The translations under genes were made by a program, and so were the position numbers. From an uncultured delta proteobacterium (GTDB taxonomy: Bacteria; Myxococcota_A; Polyangia; Palsa-1104), in NCBI GenBank assembly GCA_963785725.1, contig CAWAWS010000015.1, positions 1 to 64,000 of the forward strand: a DNA stretch of 64,000 bases, written 5' to 3'. Positions within the stretch are counted from its first letter, which is position 1. Every line of letters begins with the position of its first letter. Positions 60,759 to 64,000 of the stretch are shown piece after piece. A model generated the notes under the pieces. The model saw only the letters and a list, made by a program, of their open reading frames with translations, did not search any database and was not told the origin of the DNA.

Positions 60759-62819
60759 CTAGTTGCTCCAGCGTTGGCGTAGGCGGGCGCCGAGGTCGAG
60801 GCGCGCCGGCGCCGGCGCGTCGTCATTCGTGTCGGGGGACGCGGCCAAGCCGTGGCTCGTGCGCGTAAAGCGGTCGATGATGGCGTCGGGGATGAAGCGG
60901 GTGCGCGGCGCATAGACGTGGGTATCGCCATATTTACGCTGTTGGCGCACGAAGAAGCGCTGCGGATGAATGACGTGCAACTGCTCGCGCGCTCGCGTCA
61001 ACGCGACATAAAAGAGACGCCGCTCTTCTTCGATCTGCTGCGGCGTCTCCGTCGCCAAATCGGACGGCATCGAGCCGTCGGCGCAATTGATGACGAAGAC
61101 GTTGTCCCATTCTTGGCCTTTGGCGGAATGAATGGTCGAGAGGATCAAATAATCTTCGTCGCGTAGGGGAGGGCCCGCTTGATCGCCGGTCGCCGACGGC
61201 GGATCGAGCGTCAGCTCCGACAAGAAGCGCTCGCGCGATGGATAGTGAATCGCGATCTGCTCCAGCTGATCGAGATCTTGCGTGCGAATGTGCGCGTGAT
61301 CGTAGATGCGGCCGAGGTGCGGCTCGTACCAGCGACGGACGAGGCCGAGCTGCGCCGCCCACGGCACGTCGCCGCGCAGCTGCCGCAAGAGCTCGCACAG
61401 CGCCGGCCAATCGGCGCGCGCGCTCGCCGGCGGCGCGTGCGCGGCCAACGCGGCGAGCGCGAAGTTGGCCGTGGCCAGCTCGGTCGTGGCGCGCTGCGCC
61501 GTCGACGGGCCGACGCCGGGCAGGAGCTGCAGCACGCGAAACGCCGCCGCCCGATCGCGTAGATTCTCGCTCCAGCGCAAGAGGCACAGCGTGTCTTTGA
61601 CGTGCGCGGCCTCCAGGAACTTGAGGCCGCCGAACTTCACGAACGGCACGTTGCGACGGGCGAGCTCGACCTCCAGCGCGTCGGAATGGTGCGACGCGCG
61701 GAAGAGCACGGCCTGCCGCTTCAACGGCACGCCTGCTTCGCGCGCGGCCAAGATCTCGGTGACGACGTAGTCGACCTGCGCGTCTTCGTCGAGCGCGCAC
61801 ACGAGTCGCGGCTTGTCGACGCCGCCGCGGCGCGAGAACAGGTTCTTGGTGAAGCGCTCGGCGGCGTAAGCGATGACGGCGTTGGCGGCGTCGAGGATGG
61901 GCTGCGTCGAGCGGTAATTTTGCTCCAGCGTGACGACGCGCGCCGGCGGCGAAAAGCGCGCCGGGAAGTCGAGGATGTTGCGCACCGTCGCCGCGCGAAA
62001 CGCGTAGATCGACTGCGCGTCGTCGCCGACCACGGTGACGCCGCGGCCGTCGGGCGCCAGGCGCGCCAGAATCTGCGCCTGCAGCGCGTTCGTGTCCTGA
62101 TATTCGTCGACGAGGAAGTGGTCGAAGCGGCGGCGCATGCGCGCGGCCACGCCTTCGTCTTCGAGGAAATGCAGCCAATAGAGCAGCAGATCATCGTAGT
62201 CGAGGACGTGTTGCCGCTGCTTTTGCTCGACGTAGGCGGAGAACAGCTGGCGCAAGGCGTCGGCGTGCTCGGCGCACCACGGAAAATGATCCTTGAGCGT
62301 CGTCGCCAGCGGCTCTTGCGCGTTGACGGCGCGCGAATAAATGGCGAGGCAGGTGCCCTTCTTCGGGAAGCGGCGGGCGGCCGTGGCGAGGTCGAGATCG
62401 TGGCGCAGGACGTCGAGGGCGTCGGCGGCGTCGGAGCGGTCGAGCACGGTGAACGCCGGGTCGAAGCCGACGTCGGCGGCGTGCAGGCGCAAGAGCCGAT
62501 TGGCGACCGCGTGGAACGTGCCCGACCAGGTCAGCGACGGCGCGGCCGTCGTCGCGGTCGAGGCGTGCGCGAGTAGGCGTTGCGCGCGTGTCGTCATCTC
62601 GGCGGCGGCGCGGCGCGAGAAGGTGAGCAGCAAGATGCGGCGTGGATCGGCGCCGCGATCGATCAGGTGGGCGACGCGATGGGCGAGCGTGTTCGTCTTG
62701 CCCGATCCGGCGCCGGCGATGATGAGCAGTGGGCCCGACTCGTGAACGACGGCGGCGCGCTGCGCGTCGTTGAGGGTGGCGAGCGCGTCCCGAGAGACGA
62801 TGGCGGCGGCGCTGGACAT
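60759..62819 (-). CDS. uvrD: ATP-dependent SF1 helicase (UvrD/PcrA/Rep family)
   Basis: AGAGSGKT, VDEYQDTN, VGDDAQSIY, QNYRS, TIHSAKGQEW and EERRLFYVALTRA. Confidence 0.93.
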   Translation of the reverse strand: MSSAAAIVSRDALATLNDAQRAAVVHESGPLLIIAGAGSGKTNTLAHRVAHLIDRGADPRRILLLTFSRRAAAEMTTRAQRLLAHASTATTAAPSLTWSGTFHAVANRLLRLHAADVGFDPAFTVLDRSDAADALDVLRHDLDLATAARRFPKKGTCLAIYSRAVNAQEPLATTLKDHFPWCAEHADALRQLFSAYVEQKQRQHVLDYDDLLLYWLHFLEDEGVAARMRRRFDHFLVDEYQDTNALQAQILARLAPDGRGVTVVGDDAQSIYAFRAATVRNILDFPARFSPPARVVTLEQNYRSTQPILDAANAVIAYAAERFTKNLFSRRGGVDKPRLVCALDEDAQVDYVVTEILAAREAGVPLKRQAVLFRASHHSDALEVELARRNVPFVKFGGLKFLEAAHVKDTLCLLRWSENLRDRAAAFRVLQLLPGVGPSTAQRATTELATANFALAALAAHAPPASARADWPALCELLRQLRGDVPWAAQLGLVRRWYEPHLGRIYDHAHIRTQDLDQLEQIAIHYPSRERFLSELTLDPPSATGDQAGPPLRDEDYLILSTIHSAKGQEWDNVFVINCADGSMPSDLATETPQQIEEERRLFYVALTRAREQLHVIHPQRFFVRQQRKYGDTHVYAPRTRFIPDAIIDRFTRTSHGLAASPDTNDDAPAPARLDLGARLRQRWSN

Positions 62820-63412
62820 CTGTGCAGCTTAGCTGTGGGCTGCGCAAATGTACAGGATCTGCGCCTCGGCGCGCGAACGTCGTCGCTGCGCAGGCGCGGC
62901 CGCGGCTGCGAACACTGAAGCGATCGCTTAAGTATTCGGCCGAGACGCGGTCGCCCATCGCCGAGGCCGCTCGTCGCGGCGCGCGAACGCGACGGCTGCG
63001 CCGCCCGCGCGGGCTCGGCAGCGAACGTACGCGTTCAGCACAAATCGCCCGCGACAGACTGCGCGGTGCGCTCGCGAAGCGCGTCGCGAAGAATCAATCG
63101 ACCCCTCCGTTGCGAACGACCTCGCGCTACGGGAAGCGGCGTTCTCCGAGTGTGCAGCGCGAGATGAAGCGGACGGCCTCGGCTGGCAGCATTGCGGCGT
63201 GTACAGCGCGAGATAAGCGGGCGGTCTCGGCGGGCAAACAGCACCGCGTGCAGCCCGAGACGAATCGGACGCTCTCGGCGAGCACGATCGCCGCGCATGC
63301 AGTGCGAATGGCGGGTCGCGAAATGAGAACGGGCGTTCCACTCATGCGTGCATCGGCCGCCGAAAACACGCGCCAACCCGTCGGTCGGCGGCCATTTGCG
63401 CATGCCGATCGC

Positions 63413-63429
63413 TTGGCACGCGCGCTGCT
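63413..63429 (+). promoter_or_regulatory. Sigma54 promoter TTGGCACGCGCGCTGCT
   Basis: TGGCACG with GG-N10-GC, 14 nt upstream of ATG 63444. Confidence 0.6.
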
Positions 63430-63443
63430 TTATCGATACCGTC

Positions 63444-63587
63444 ATGAACGACTTCGACGACGAGGATACCCAGCCGTTCACCCGCAGCGTCGCCGCCGAC
63501 GACGAGCTCGGCCTCGAGGCGGCCGACGATTGGTTCTGGAGCGACACCGAAGCCGCCGAAGCGCGCATGCTCGACGCGATGCCGTGA
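63444..63587 (+). CDS. 47-aa highly acidic microprotein
   Basis: MNDFDDEDTQPF...DDWFWSDTE. GC3-rich codons and an upstream sigma54 site. Confidence 0.55.
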   Translation: MNDFDDEDTQPFTRSVAADDELGLEAADDWFWSDTEAAEARMLDAMP

Positions 63588-63706
63588 CAAAACCAGTGGC
63601 GCATGTCCAGGTTGTTTCTCATGCGTTTCCTAGCGGTTAAAACCGACCGATGAGGGCGACAAGAGGCTCGAAAGCGAGGCGCGACTCTGAAACCCTCAGT
63701 CGCGTG

Positions 63707-64000
63707 ATGCCCTCGAAGGTGCCGCCCGTGTTGTCCGCCGTCGCGCCCGCCGAGGACGTCGACAGCGACGCGATTCAATTTCGCCGCATTCACGGCTATC
63801 GACGCGCGTTCGTGAAGGTGGGGCAGGGCCCGGTGCTGCTGCTCATTCACGGCATCGGCGATTCGTCGGACACGTGGCGACCGATCATTCCGCTGTTGGC
63901 GCGCGATCACACGGTCATCGCGCCCGATCTGCTCGGCCACGGCCGCTCCGACAAACCGCGCGCCGACTATTCGGTCGCCGCCTACGCCAACGGCATGCGC
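63707..64000 (+). CDS. Alpha/beta hydrolase (3'-truncated by window end)
   Basis: GPVLLLIHGIGDSSDTW...VIAPDLLGHGRSDKPRADYS. Alternative in-frame start at 63650. Confidence 0.88.
   Translation, partial: MPSKVPPVLSAVAPAEDVDSDAIQFRRIHGYRRAFVKVGQGPVLLLIHGIGDSSDTWRPIIPLLARDHTVIAPDLLGHGRSDKPRADYSVAAYANGMR

Noticed and set aside
60759..62819. UvrD-like helicase as part of an anti-phage system (e.g. Gabija)
   Set aside because: No adjacent OLD nuclease or other defence gene. Full-length SF1 helicase in a metabolic neighbourhood.
62820..63410. ORFs in the region upstream of the helicase
   Set aside because: Arg/Ala-rich, with no motifs, RBS or coding-like codon pattern.
232..63940. Numerous long Arg-rich overlapping or antisense ORFs in the six-frame track
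   Set aside because: Shadow frames expected in high-GC DNA. Each overlaps a better-supported gene.

Overview
Very GC-rich bacterial chromosomal window, probably Myxococcota (Polyangia-like). This is inferred from the many Cys-rich lipoproteins, a membrane Hanks kinase, a DUF1585/DUF1501-like secreted module and a Flp pilin. It holds about 57 CDS. I recognised no rRNA, tRNA, CRISPR array or transposase. About a dozen genes are broken by single-base indels, which look like long-read assembly errors rather than pseudogenes. Main observations: (1) a sigma54-preceded Flp/Tad pilin fused to a pretoxin-type Hint domain and an ADP-ribosyltransferase-like C-terminus, with no adjacent immunity gene, downstream of a GH18 chitinase; (2) a receptor-less che operon (CheY, double-zinc-ribbon protein with CheY-binding-like peptides, PilB/GspE ATPase, CheX, PAS-CheA lacking P5) sharing sigma28-type promoters with a PilZ-HDOD gene and a second cheY; (3) a Fur-box-preceded operon of cytochrome c, flavoprotein, large lipoprotein and beta-propeller/di-heme peroxidase; (4) an ECF regulon readable from four ATCC-N16-CGWA promoters, covering an exported truncated globin, a cupredoxin with a Ser/Thr kinase, and a desaturase; (5) a lipoprotein homolog of PAI fatty-acid isomerase. 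All family assignments come from motif recognition by eye, not from database searches.
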